DNA of 64,000 bases from Bacteroidota bacterium (GTDB lineage: Bacteria; Bacteroidota; Bacteroidia; Bacteroidales; TTA-H9), in contig QKGM01000044.1 of NCBI GenBank assembly GCA_003250395.1, forward strand, positions 116,550-180,549, written 5' to 3'. This document shows, piece by piece, positions 37,473 to 49,000 of this stretch. Each line of letters opens with the position of its first letter. The first letter of the stretch is position 1. The notes beneath the pieces were generated by a model. The model made no database searches and was not told the origin of the DNA. It saw nothing but the letters and a program-made list of their open reading frames with translations. The translations under genes and the position numbers were made by a program.

Positions 37473-38384
37473 TCAGTTAAACGATTGTCTAAATTCTAAA
37501 GGCGAAAGATTAGTTTTTGTCCTGAATAGTTTACTAAACGATTGTGAATGCTCAAACCCTAAGTGAAAAGCTATTTCGCTTACCGACAAATTTGTTGTCG
37601 ATAGCATCTCTTTTGCTTTTTCAATTAGTTTGTCGTGGATATGTTGTTGCGTACTTTGCCCTGTGAGTGAACGCAACATATCGCTTAAATAGCGGGGTGA
37701 AACACTTAATTGCTCTGCCAAATACCCAACAGTCGGCAGTCCATTATTTAACGTTTGCTCATCCTCAAAACAGGCGTTCAACAGATGCTCCATTTTAGAA
37801 AGCAAGTCATTGTTTACCGCTTTTCGGGTGATAAACTGCCTTTCGTAAAACCGGTTACTATAGTTGAGCAACAAATCGATTTGTGAAAGAATAATATCCT
37901 GCGTATGCCTGTCTATATGCCGGTATTCTTTGTCTATCTTTTGAAAAATCTCAATAACATTTTTCTCTTCCTGATCGGAAAGGTGTAAAGCTTCATTGAC
38001 CGAATACGAGAAGAAGCCATAGTTTTTTATCGTGGTTGCCAAAGGGTGTTTTAATAAAAAATCAGGATGGAACATCAGCATATAACCCTGCCCGCATTCT
38101 TCCCTTATTTCCCTGATTTCAGAAATACTGAGCGATTGTACCTGTTTGGGAGCGATAAAATTCATCGTTCCTTTATTGAAATCATAGTATTGCTGCCCGT
38201 ATTTGATTTTTGTAGTAACCTCTTTTTTTAACGAAACGCAGTAGAAATTCACAAAAAACTGTTCCCATATTCTATTTTCATCGGGCTTCAACCCCGAAAC
38301 ATCAATGACACTCACGAGCGGATGTAATGGTTCAGGTAGTAATAATTGCTGATGAAATTCGGATATAGAATTGATAATATACAT
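37473..38384 (-). CDS. AraC-family transcriptional regulator
   Basis: 303 aa. C-terminal double HTH (LSVSEIAFHLGFEHSQSFSKLFRTKTNLSPLEFR). Confidence 0.85.
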   Translation of the reverse strand: MYIINSISEFHQQLLLPEPLHPLVSVIDVSGLKPDENRIWEQFFVNFYCVSLKKEVTTKIKYGQQYYDFNKGTMNFIAPKQVQSLSISEIREIREECGQGYMLMFHPDFLLKHPLATTIKNYGFFSYSVNEALHLSDQEEKNVIEIFQKIDKEYRHIDRHTQDIILSQIDLLLNYSNRFYERQFITRKAVNNDLLSKMEHLLNACFEDEQTLNNGLPTVGYLAEQLSVSPRYLSDMLRSLTGQSTQQHIHDKLIEKAKEMLSTTNLSVSEIAFHLGFEHSQSFSKLFRTKTNLSPLEFRQSFN

Positions 38385-38400
38385 CTTGTTTTACAAAATT

Positions 38401-38433
38401 AAGAAAAGTAACTGCCCTGGAAAAGGCAGTTAC
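38401..38433 (-). terminator. Intrinsic terminator after the SDR gene
   Basis: GTAACTGCC / GGCAGTTAC stem followed by TTTTCTT on the minus strand. Confidence 0.65.
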
Positions 38434-38447
38434 CAGGTTTTTAATTT

Positions 38448-39248
38448 CTACAAAAATTGTTGCCCGATTTCTTTTCTGAACGATTCTTTTCCTATTTCCA
38501 ATCGTCTTTCATACATCATATTGGCATCAACACCAGCCAGATAACGTATCTGGTCTTTATTATCAGTTGCCGCATCATAAACTACTTCGGCTATTTGTTC
38601 GGCTGTTGATGCGCTTTTCATCATTATATCAACAACGCTCAATAGCTTATTCTCGATATTTGAATATTCTGCCTGTTTATTAAAATCAAGTGACCGTCCG
38701 GCAAAATCGGTTAAAATTCCACCAGGTGCAATGGTTTTAATACCAATACCAAATTTACTTAATTCGAACGACATACTTTCCGACCAGCCTTCCAATGCAA
38801 ATTTCGTAGCATGGTAAACAGAGTGTAACGGAAAGCCCATAAACCCACCAATAGATGTTGTTGAAATAAACAAGCCGCTTTTCTTTTCTCTGAAATACGG
38901 AATAAATGCCTGTGTAATTCGCAAAACCCCAAGCAAATTTGTATTGATTTGACGAACTATTTTCTCGTCAGTCAATCCTTCCAGTGCCCCCATAAGCCCA
39001 TACCCGGCATTGTTAAAAACCACATCAATATCGTGTAATGAAATGGCTTTCTTTACCGTAGCTTTTATCTGCTCTGAATCGGTCACATCAAGGGGTAACA
39101 TCAATATGTTGCCCAACCGGGATAGCTCTGTTTCGTTTTCAGGATTCCGCATGGTAGCAATTATATTCCATCCTTTACTTTGAAATAATCTAGCGGTTGC
39201 TTTTCCTAGTCCTGAAGAAGCTCCGGTTATGAAGATTGTTTTTGCCAT
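38448..39248 (-). CDS. Short-chain dehydrogenase/reductase (SDR)
   Basis: 266 aa. TGASSGLGKA, NNAG and YHATK catalytic motifs. Confidence 0.9.
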   Translation of the reverse strand: MAKTIFITGASSGLGKATARLFQSKGWNIIATMRNPENETELSRLGNILMLPLDVTDSEQIKATVKKAISLHDIDVVFNNAGYGLMGALEGLTDEKIVRQINTNLLGVLRITQAFIPYFREKKSGLFISTTSIGGFMGFPLHSVYHATKFALEGWSESMSFELSKFGIGIKTIAPGGILTDFAGRSLDFNKQAEYSNIENKLLSVVDIMMKSASTAEQIAEVVYDAATDNKDQIRYLAGVDANMMYERRLEIGKESFRKEIGQQFL

Positions 39249-39511
39249 TGTATTATTTGTTTAAATTTTACAATGCAAAGTTGAGTAGAATAAAAGCGCT
39301 ATATGTTGCCAAATTGAGTCAGGTTGTAGCCAAAATTACGTTTACACAAACTGGTTTTGTCATATGCCCAACTTTGATTAGAGTTGGTTTGCGGGAGCTC
39401 GCCGGACACCTCATTATACACCTTTAAAGCCCTTGAAAGCGAGCTCCAAACTTGCTAATTATTCTGAAACCAACATGATGTATTCACTGTGAATAGCACG
39501 CCCATTATCTT

Positions 39512-40048
39512 CTATTCATTCTCAATCGCGAACCTGAATCCAAATACAGGAAGTTTACCTTGCATAAGATCCAAATCCTCAGACCTTTTGAAACCAATAT
39601 TCTCGTACATTTTCCATGCTGTCATCATTGCTTTTGTTGTATGAATAATTACCTGACGAAGGTTTTTGTTCTTTGCCCTATTGATACATTCCAACGTCAA
39701 AAGCTTTCCCACTCCCTGTTTACGGGCTATTGAATCAACCGCCAGTAATCTGAAACCTCCTGAATTTTTCTCCCTTGTTGCAATACCTCCTGAACCATAA
39801 TATTGCATATCACTGAAATTAACCACTGCCCCGAGTAATTTATTGCCAGATGTAACGGCTATAATTATTTCCGTTTCTGGTTTGTTTGTTAACTCTCCAA
39901 CATTGCTTAGCATTCTATAATAGTCAGGTTGTTCACTTTCTTTTGGAAAACCATCCAGTTGCGAATAAACCCTTACCATTAGTTGTCCTATTTCAGCGTA
40001 TTCTATCTGTTTTGCATTTCTTATCAATATGTCTCTATCATTTAGCAT
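39512..40048 (-). CDS. GNAT-family N-acetyltransferase
   Basis: 178 aa. Acetyl-CoA-binding motif RKQGVGKLL. Confidence 0.8.
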   Translation of the reverse strand: MLNDRDILIRNAKQIEYAEIGQLMVRVYSQLDGFPKESEQPDYYRMLSNVGELTNKPETEIIIAVTSGNKLLGAVVNFSDMQYYGSGGIATREKNSGGFRLLAVDSIARKQGVGKLLTLECINRAKNKNLRQVIIHTTKAMMTAWKMYENIGFKRSEDLDLMQGKLPVFGFRFAIENE

Positions 40049-40187
40049 AATTATTTATTTTGATATAAGATTTCAAAAGGCGTAAAAGGCAAACAATATA
40101 CGTCGAATATTAAATTGAATTTTAAGTAGTGCATCAAAGAATTAGGTGAGGATAGGTAATATTTTAACATAAGATTGGAGAAATAAC

Positions 40188-41204
40188 CTAGTTACCTAAG
40201 AAATTATTGATTCTCATTTCAGCGTTTTCTCTCAGGTTGTAATAATAAAAAGAAATATCAAAGCTGTGATAAACTCCTAAACCCAACGCCCCAGAAATCT
40301 TAAACATAGCACTATCGTTCACGCTGCTACACTCAAGGACACCCTTATTCAGGTTAATAATAGCGTCGGCAAAACCGAGTACTTTCCCGAAATTTCCCAG
40401 ACTGTCAATCGGCATATAAGACCCCAGACTTTCGGATACTGTAGCTAATGTCTCATCTTTTTTCCAGTTTATAGGATTTATAACCAACCCGATTTGGTTT
40501 CCCATCACAAGATTTGCCCCGGCAACTACAGATGGTGATTGCGTGTTATATGAAATTATTACTCCAGTATCATCAGCCCCTTCCGCAAATTTAAGATGCG
40601 GGTTGGCATTTATAAACTCAGCAGTAATGGGATATCCTATAACATAAGCACAAATCATACGTGAATATATATCAGGATTATCATGCATGTAATTTTTCAG
40701 TAAAAGCAATAATACATTAGCACCTTCTGAATGTCCCACGAGAATGAACGGCTTGTTGTTGTTATAATGCTTAATATAATAATCGAATGCAGCAGTAACA
40801 TCTTTTGCCGGGATGCTGTCGATTACATTCCATCGTTGGCCTTCGGGCAAATTCAATACATAACCGGCATCTGCCTGCCTGTAAAAAGGCGCAAATATAT
40901 TTCCTACAGTCTCGAAAGCAGTTGCCTCTACATCAAACGCTTTCTTTGAACCTTGGTGCATATCCGGGTTATCAATTGCACAAAAATTTGCTTCAGAAGA
41001 ATCCTTTTTATGCCAAGATGCAGGATAGAGATAGAAAATGTCAACATCCTTTGTACAAGCGGCCGGAAGCGACAACCAATATTCCGATTTAGAATAATCA
41101 GTAACAGATTCCTGCTCCGGAATCTCTGACTTTTCACAAGAAAATAGTGATATTAAACAGAATGTTACTAAAAATGGAACTAACTGTCTTAACGTAATTT
41201 TCAT
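40188..41204 (-). CDS. Lipoprotein alpha/beta hydrolase (DUF3089-like)
   Basis: 338 aa. Lipoprotein signal (ISLFSC) and GHSEG nucleophile elbow. Confidence 0.55.
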   Translation of the reverse strand: MKITLRQLVPFLVTFCLISLFSCEKSEIPEQESVTDYSKSEYWLSLPAACTKDVDIFYLYPASWHKKDSSEANFCAIDNPDMHQGSKKAFDVEATAFETVGNIFAPFYRQADAGYVLNLPEGQRWNVIDSIPAKDVTAAFDYYIKHYNNNKPFILVGHSEGANVLLLLLKNYMHDNPDIYSRMICAYVIGYPITAEFINANPHLKFAEGADDTGVIISYNTQSPSVVAGANLVMGNQIGLVINPINWKKDETLATVSESLGSYMPIDSLGNFGKVLGFADAIINLNKGVLECSSVNDSAMFKISGALGLGVYHSFDISFYYYNLRENAEMRINNFLGN

Positions 41205-41857
41205 AATTCGTTTTTTTAATCAATCCTATCCTCAGGCTTTTCGGAGTCACCCGGTTTCTGGACTGGTCTCCGGTATCCTCTTTTGTAACAATATTACTGA
41301 TTTTTTCATTTTGATGATAAAAAACTTCATCTCAGACATATTACGGGGTAATATCGTGTATATGCACTATAAAGGAAATCGTGGATACCCTTCCAACGGT
41401 CCTGTGAAGTCTTTTGTCTCGTTCTGGACATCTTATTAATATTAAGCAAGACTTCTTCACCATATAGTCTTTATTGCCTTCGCATTGTAAAATGGAAACT
41501 TCATGCTCTTCGGGAGGAGTCTGCCCAAAGCTGGACCACGACCTCATTTCTATAACAGTACAGTCAAGGTATTGCCTTATTACTATGGGGAAATTTTGCT
41601 TCAGACAAAAGTGATTTTGATTTATTTGGTGTCTATCAACAAATAAAATTGTTTATAAAACCAGGAGCAAAACCAAGTCGAAAACACCTTCCTGATTTGA
41701 GAGCATGATAGAAAAACATCTGTAAAGGTTCTAACCACTTCAAAACATGCTTGGCATCACCAGCCATTTTTACAGCTAAATCATGTCAGTTAAAGCCCAA
41801 TAACGGCAACTGACTGTATTCCTTCCACATCTAACCTTCTGAAATAAATTGAGGTAT

Positions 41858-41887
41858 AAAAAAAACCGGCCTTAGCCGGTTTTTTTC
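41858..41887. terminator. Bidirectional intrinsic terminator (serves the C25 peptidase gene)
   Basis: A8 - AACCGGC / GCCGGTT - T7. Confidence 0.8.
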
Positions 41888-41903
41888 AAAATGCAAGAAA
41901 ATA

Positions 41904-44900
41904 CTATCTCACAATAACCTTCTGAACAACATTTCCTCTTTCGGTAATTACACGAACAACATATAAACCCGAAGGAATATTACTGAAATTCAAAGTATTA
42001 TTCAACAATGAAGTAACATCTGCACGTTGGATAGTTTTTCCAAGGGCATCAACCAATTCAACAGCAATACACTGAGTTCCTTCAGCACTTAGCCTTACAT
42101 TTATTACACCATTCGAAGGATTAGGATATACAGTGAAGTTAACTGTAACAGAATGGTCGATAACGCCGGTGTAATCAGCAGCGCAAATGTAATCGTACTT
42201 GACTGTGGTTTTCGTGGAATCTGCATTACTGGAGGTTAGCGATACATCGAAAAGGCCTGCATTTGGGTATACAGTACGGGGATTCTGCTCATTACTCGTT
42301 GCTGGGCTGCCACCTTCAAATGTCCATTCCCAGTTAGTAAAGCCAGGACTTGATAAGTCGGTAAACTGTACTTCGGTCTCGATAGCAGGGGTAGTCGTAC
42401 TGGCTGTAAAAGCAGCCCACATAGGTGAGCGTTCGATTCCAAAGAAAGTCAGATATTGCTGCATCAGATTCTGCTTGGTTGAAGGGAGTGTAGCATCTGT
42501 CAATCCTCCAAATTCCAAAGATGAGCCAATGGTTTTATAGGTTGAGGCATCATTGGCGATTGCAACGTCAAATGGCAAAGCCTGATTACTTAAAATAGTG
42601 AAAGCTTGATTCTTAGGCTCCAGTTTATCAATATAGTTTTCATCGCCACTAAAGGTAAAGTTCATTCCTTCAGCAAAAGTACCTGTCTTTCCGATCACGT
42701 TTGTAATATCGCCTCCATTATCGCCTTTACCATTAATATTAAACATGGGATGAAGATTGGTGGGATTACTGATCTGGTCATAATGCCATGTATCGCCACC
42801 TTCCATATAGAGACGACCTCCTCCATTGAGGAAGTTTACCATCTTTTGTGCTTCGGCCGTTGTAAGCACGTGCGCATTGGGGGATGTTCCCAGGCATATG
42901 AAAATCGACTGGTATAGTTCTGGTGTTGATGTCATAGTGGTGGTATAGTCAGCTGTAATTGAAAGAGATTGAACAGCGGTCTGTATTGCAGGACCTGAAT
43001 TTGTGTTTCCATCAAGATCAATTACCAGTACGGGAATACGTCCAACAACCAGATCAAAAGATTGAGAAACCTGCAGGTTGTATTCGCCATTAAGAAGCAG
43101 TTCGAAGTTTACGGAATGTCCACCGGGTGTAAACTCAGCCACAGTGACATTAAAAAGTTGCTCGCCATATGAATTTGGTTCCATATCACCATAAGAGGTA
43201 CCAGAACTATTTACCGTGATAAAAGGATCTCCCGTGGCCAATGTACCGATTACGGAATAAGCAGCAGCACTTCCGCCATTTTTTAATCTGACTTTGATAT
43301 CCGCAGTTTCACCAGGATCAAGACGACCATTGTTATTTCCAAGGGGATCGAGAACTTCGGTTATGACCAGATTGAGTGCTGGAGCATGCATCTCCATAGT
43401 AAATTGGCTGGCCCATTCATCACCATTATCCTGACAAAAGGTTTTGAAGGTTACCATATGCCCGTCTGGGACGTTGTCGGCAACCTTAACAGTAAATGCA
43501 TCAGGCAAACCAACCACCTGCCCGGCAGGAACAGCACCATAATTCTCTGTAGAATCAATCAGCGTAATATAAGGATCATCTGTCCTAAGCTTTACAACAG
43601 CATCTGTTGTAGGCTCAACACCAATATTCTTCATTCCAATATTCAACAATAAAGTTTCAGAATAATCTGCCTGCTGATTGTTGTTCCCGGAAACATCATT
43701 GATCTGATTGTTATTGTAAATAACATATGGTCCATTTGCAGGAATTACAGGAATTTCTGCCAAATAAGGAATACGGTTGTATTGTGTAAGTGCTATGGTA
43801 AGAGTATCGTTGACATTAGTCAAAGCGTTAAAGGTGATTTCTACCTGTCCGTTTGTAACAATCCCGCTACCCAAGATCTCTCCGTTGACAGATGCTACTG
43901 CTCTGGCTCCATTAGCATTTGAATTAATTACAAAAGATGTACTTCCAAGAAAGATGGTCGGATTATGATTGGCGCTGATCTCTGTTGGATTATCAGTACG
44001 AACAACAACAGAAGGGTCACCAAAAATCAACCAGGTATCAGTCATTTCATTTCCTCCGGAACCGTATTCATCATTCATCAGCATACACCCTTCCATCGAA
44101 AGAGCCCCAAAAGTACGACGAATGTTGGCGGGATATGATTCAACCAAAATGTCAACCATTTCATCCTGTCCAGCCATTGGAGGATCCCAACTCTGATTAA
44201 TAGTTGAACCCAAAAAAGCAACAGCACCGGTTGGTACACCACTCTGGCTAGCTCTCAGCCAGGCTTCTGCAAAACATGTCGTGTTCATGAATTCTCCATT
44301 AACACAAGCAACAGACCAGATAAAAGGAAGTTTCCCCTGATTTTGAAGAGAATTTACCGAAGAATTGCTAAATCCGGTAGTTCCCCACGATGTAGTACTG
44401 CCATGACCAGTGTAGGTAATAATTCCTGTCCCGGCATTTACTTCAGTGCTAACACTCGAAGCATTCGGGTTTCCGGGAGCATCATTTCCTCCCTGACTTC
44501 CGTCAAAAAGCTCAGGGTTCCAAGTATAGTTGTAACCCATCAGGTCAACCTGAATATTACGCTGATGCTGATAATCGTATTCGTTATCATCGCCCGGCCC
44601 CTGATCTGAACCAATTCCAAGACAGGTAGTATACCAATCATCCGAAGTGAATTGCGGTGTCTTTTCATAATCAATAGTTCTACGAACCTGCGTCTCAACG
44701 TGAGCCAAATTTTCTGCAGAAAAGCGACCAACAAATACTTCAGGATAATGGTCGTTACCAAGAATATATCCATATGCAACATCAGATGGACCACCAAGAT
44801 TTCCACCTGTCATTGTCGGTATCTGGGCATTATCACCAACCAGTAAAACAAATGTAAGACCATTGGTGTTATAGTAATTCTCTATATAGTCAGCTATTGC

Positions 44901-45728
44901 GGTAGATGTACTCCCGATGGAACCAACATTTACCATTTCTGTAGGTATGCCTATCGTGTTTTTCCATTCGACGAATTCTTCCATTGCAGGCATAAAATCA
45001 CCATAACTAATTACAAGCATATTCCCTTCTTCATTCACCGGGGTATAATCATTTAACGCATCATAGTTAATAAAATGCCGGCGATAAATCTGGTCGAATT
45101 CCGGGCTTATAACCGGATGTACATTATTGCTTGAAAGGACATTAGCTCCATTGTTATCCGCTTTTTCAACAGTTATGATAAGCTCATTGTATACCCTCAA
45201 TACTTTAGTCATAGGATTGTATTGATATGGGTATACTACAACCGTCTGACCACGCAAATCACGTATAATATGTGGTTCACGCAGTGAAACCAACTCCCCA
45301 GGGAAGAACCGGTTGTTCTGGTAGGCAGATCCCCAATTGTAAGGAACTGTTGCAGGATCTACATCGCGATATAAATTTCCCTTCGAAGGGGCAACATTAA
45401 TATTTTGGAAATCAGTGAAGGAGGATGAAACAACATTTACAGTCATCCTGTCGGTAGCTCCAATAGTGATAGATGTTGCCAGTTTGGGTAAATCGGGTGC
45501 CCCGGCCTCTAAAATTTGTGTAGCGTCATTATTCCGGATGACGACAGCAGGCCCCTTTGGTGTTTGAACAGGTAATTGCTCAAAATCAATCGTCCTAACA
45601 ACGAATGTTGTAGTATTTTGGTCGGTGCTAAGCAGATTAATCTCTGCTGTTGAACCAGTTGTCCTGACCTGAGCCAAGGCAGCTAATACCATAAAGCTGA
45701 TAATGAATGTTGAGAAGAGTTTTTTCAT
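41904..45728 (-). CDS. Gingipain-like C25 cysteine peptidase, T9SS cargo
   Basis: 1274 aa. Signal peptide, His/Cys dyad contexts YTGHGS and SVACVNGEF, PKD-like domain, C-terminal sorting domain VYPNPSNGVINV...GLYVVRVITERGNVVQKVIVR. Confidence 0.85.
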   Translation of the reverse strand: MKKLFSTFIISFMVLAALAQVRTTGSTAEINLLSTDQNTTTFVVRTIDFEQLPVQTPKGPAVVIRNNDATQILEAGAPDLPKLATSITIGATDRMTVNVVSSSFTDFQNINVAPSKGNLYRDVDPATVPYNWGSAYQNNRFFPGELVSLREPHIIRDLRGQTVVVYPYQYNPMTKVLRVYNELIITVEKADNNGANVLSSNNVHPVISPEFDQIYRRHFINYDALNDYTPVNEEGNMLVISYGDFMPAMEEFVEWKNTIGIPTEMVNVGSIGSTSTAIADYIENYYNTNGLTFVLLVGDNAQIPTMTGGNLGGPSDVAYGYILGNDHYPEVFVGRFSAENLAHVETQVRRTIDYEKTPQFTSDDWYTTCLGIGSDQGPGDDNEYDYQHQRNIQVDLMGYNYTWNPELFDGSQGGNDAPGNPNASSVSTEVNAGTGIITYTGHGSTTSWGTTGFSNSSVNSLQNQGKLPFIWSVACVNGEFMNTTCFAEAWLRASQSGVPTGAVAFLGSTINQSWDPPMAGQDEMVDILVESYPANIRRTFGALSMEGCMLMNDEYGSGGNEMTDTWLIFGDPSVVVRTDNPTEISANHNPTIFLGSTSFVINSNANGARAVASVNGEILGSGIVTNGQVEITFNALTNVNDTLTIALTQYNRIPYLAEIPVIPANGPYVIYNNNQINDVSGNNNQQADYSETLLLNIGMKNIGVEPTTDAVVKLRTDDPYITLIDSTENYGAVPAGQVVGLPDAFTVKVADNVPDGHMVTFKTFCQDNGDEWASQFTMEMHAPALNLVITEVLDPLGNNNGRLDPGETADIKVRLKNGGSAAAYSVIGTLATGDPFITVNSSGTSYGDMEPNSYGEQLFNVTVAEFTPGGHSVNFELLLNGEYNLQVSQSFDLVVGRIPVLVIDLDGNTNSGPAIQTAVQSLSITADYTTTMTSTPELYQSIFICLGTSPNAHVLTTAEAQKMVNFLNGGGRLYMEGGDTWHYDQISNPTNLHPMFNINGKGDNGGDITNVIGKTGTFAEGMNFTFSGDENYIDKLEPKNQAFTILSNQALPFDVAIANDASTYKTIGSSLEFGGLTDATLPSTKQNLMQQYLTFFGIERSPMWAAFTASTTTPAIETEVQFTDLSSPGFTNWEWTFEGGSPATSNEQNPRTVYPNAGLFDVSLTSSNADSTKTTVKYDYICAADYTGVIDHSVTVNFTVYPNPSNGVINVRLSAEGTQCIAVELVDALGKTIQRADVTSLLNNTLNFSNIPSGLYVVRVITERGNVVQKVIVR

Positions 45729-45779
45729 AAAAATTTATGATAGAAATAGGGTAAATTGGTTGGTTAGTTCCAAGAAGTT

Positions 45780-45787
45780 CAAAATTA
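45780..45787 (-). promoter_or_regulatory. -7 promoter box (TAATTTTG)
   Basis: TAnnTTTG on the minus strand, 52 nt upstream of the ATG at 45728. Confidence 0.35.
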
Positions 45788-45956
45788 ATCCTTTCTGATG
45801 AATCTACCACATAATTAAACACAATTATTTTTTTTCGTTGCCTGAAAAATACAATACAATTGATGGTCAACCTTAGAAATGAAAGGAAAGACGTAGAAAT
45901 CTACTTTTAAAACATAAATTATATTCTTTATCAGGTACCAATAGTTTATTGAATAT

Positions 45957-45990
45957 ACGAAAGAAGCCACCCTGAAAGGTGGCTTCTTAC
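45957..45990 (-). terminator. Intrinsic terminator after the second C25 gene
   Basis: GAAGCCACC / GGTGGCTTC stem followed by TTTCGTAT on the minus strand. Confidence 0.7.
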
Positions 45991-46012
45991 ACTTATAAAA
46001 ATTTAAAAACTG

Positions 46013-49000
46013 CTATTTTGTCATCACAACCCGATAAACAGCAGAGTTACTTCCTGTATTAAATCTGATAAAATAGATGCCCGGTTCAATTGAAGAACCA
46101 TTAAAAATGACATCATGTTTACCAGCACTCTGCATTGGCTCATTAGCTACTGTAGCAACCAATTGCCCGAGATGATTCCACACAGACACCTGTACAGGTG
46201 TCTGCTTAGTGAGTGTATAACTAATATTAAGCAGATTATTGAATGGATTGGGGTAAACGATCATGTCATCTGAAGTACCCGGTTCTCCGATTCCAACGGG
46301 GACATAATGAACTACATTTGACGATTCTGATTCACAATTGAACTCACTGGTGACCGTAGCATAGTAGTTGCCCTCTTCAGAAGGAATGTATGATTGAGAT
46401 GAAGCGCCTGGAATCATACCATTATCATTGAACCATTGGTTCCCCTGAGAATAGCTTGAAATTAACGCATTACCTTCGAGGGTCACAACAGGAGCTATTG
46501 GAAATTCATGAACGGTAACAGAAGTTGAACCAATTATATTGCTGCTACCATCATAAATATTAACTGAAAACTCAGTAGTTGAAGGTGCCGTAGCGATTGG
46601 TGATGGTGATGTGGGATTATCAAGGTATTCGGCTGGCGACCATTCATAGGTATAGTTACCAGATCCACCCACTGTCAGAGTACCAAGCTGAGAAGTATTT
46701 CCTGCGCATACATCTGGAGGAAAGGCTGCTACTGTAGCTGAAAGACTGCCACCAAGACATTCAACATATGCTTTCCACCCTGGTTTTGTCACCATTCCAT
46801 CAGAATGAAACTTGAAAGTAATGGCACCTGATGTATTGGAAGCAGTAAATGATGGCGGGACTGTTGTGCCGCAATAAGTACCGATCAGAGGTGCACTTGT
46901 ATTTGTACCATTGTAAATGTTCAAATAATCCCATGAACATCCTGAATTTGATTCTACATCAAAAGAAGTGAATGAAACTTTAAGTATCGCTCCAGGGGTA
47001 GATGGGGTAAGCGTCATTACAATATTCTCATTTAAACTGTATGGCCCGTCAGGTCCGCCAGTATCAAAGAAATCAGTATTGCAAACACTAAATGTGCCTT
47101 CAGTCATCAGGATTTTAGGGGTTTCACCAACCGTTACGTTCAATACCTCGCTACAATTATACTGAGCACCATTTCCGGCAGTAACTGTATATTGAAGTTC
47201 TGTGTTGGTCAACGGGGGCGTAATAATATTCGTTACTACTGTAAATTCTGAACCAGCGCTCTGCCCTGCAGCCAGATTTGTGAAAGTATAACCAGGCGTC
47301 TCTACGATGATATATGAAGTACTTCCGTTTAATACCGACAAGTAAGCCTGAGCATTCAACGCGTCTGCATGTCCGCTGTTTTTTGTTATAACTTTCAGGA
47401 TGGCTGTCTCTCCGGGATCTAGAACTCCGTTTCCATTTCCAGAAGTGGCGTCATCCACTTCAATACCAATAATACCAAGTACAGGAGCATTCAACATGAT
47501 ACTTCCTGAGGCTTCCCAGAGATTAGTACCGTCTGACATCGCGAAATCGAATGGTGCAGAATGCTGGTCTGGCACTAACTGACCTACTACTAATTTATAC
47601 GCGTTATCAATGGTTAGCGTTGCTCCAGGTTCAACTGTAGCAATATACTCAAGGCTATCAATCAGGGTAATATAGCCATCCGTTGAATGAAGATCAGCAT
47701 TTACAGCAGAGGCTGTCTGTACACCTACATTCTTAAACGTAACGTTCAGATAAACTTCTTCACCAAAATCAGCCTGTCCATTATTATTACCATTAATATC
47801 GTTAACAGTATATCCCTGAACTATCAGATAGGGTCCGGTAGCAGGGGCAACAGTAATCTGCCCTATATGTGGTTTACGATTTTGTTTCATGACGACAATG
47901 TCAGCAGACCCAACATTATTTAGAGCGTTGAAGTTAAGATTTACAACACCATTGGCAGGTGCTACACCAGCTGCCAGAAGAGTTCCATTCATCGAAAGCG
48001 CTACATAGGCATTTTCTTCAGTATTAACGACAAGGCTTGTCATTCCTACTAACATCGCATTCTGATATGATACTGTCAGATCCTGAGGTACACCGGCATA
48101 TACTGTAAGTGAAGGGTCGCCCATCAGGTGATAAATCTCCCAGTAGTAAGTCTTCATACTTGAGGAAGACTCTTCAACGGCAAGGTTTCCCCCTACTACC
48201 ATTTGGCCCTGGGTAATGTACCATTCATCAGCAGTCTCACCATGATCATGGAACTGACGGTCAAAGGAACCTAAATGGTCCGGATCATATACCGGATTAG
48301 CCGATACAGTCTTCTGGCCGCAAGCCCACCAAAAATCTTCATCCCAATACGTACTATTTGATCCCCCAATATATCCGACAGCACCCTTATTTACCGCACG
48401 AAGAAGTTCTTCACCAAAACAGGTTACATCGAATTTATTACTAAGGCAGCAATTGCCAATTAACAGCCCATACATGTTATTATTGGTAAGACTTGGGATA
48501 TCGCTGATAGAAAAGCTGGGATCAGACCAACCGCTTTCGCCGCAATGCGCGGAATAGTTACCCATTGAAAGGCCTTCTGATACTTTGTTAACTATTTGCT
48601 GATGATAGTTAGCACCTGATGGTTCGGGCTGAAGCAATGCCAAAGTATTTAAACCATGAGCTGTGTTAAAGTAATAGGTGGTTCCATAATTAACCTGCCC
48701 ATTTCCCCAGGTTAACTGATGAGAACCATCAGCACCGGCTACTGCAAGGGCACGACCTAAAAACTCATCTGAAGGGAAGGTGTACTGCTCATACTGAAGT
48801 GTCTTGTCAATTTGAGGCTGTAGTTGAGCAACTGTAGTTGCTGAAAAACGTCCGTAAAACAATTCAGGAAGTTTATCACCAGTGTACTCACAGTAATAGA
48901 GATCGGTCGGGTGCGATCCTGCTGTACCGCTGAAAGCAGGTATCTGGGCAACGTCGCCAACAAAAAGGACGAAACTGGGAACATTATATCCTGCTGGAGG

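Noticed and set aside
41341-41547. 68-aa minus-strand ORF and adjacent short reading frames (for example MAGDAKHVLKWLEPLQMFFYHALKSG...) as transposase or integrase relics.
   Set aside because: I cannot match them to any mobile-element family from memory. This needs blastx.
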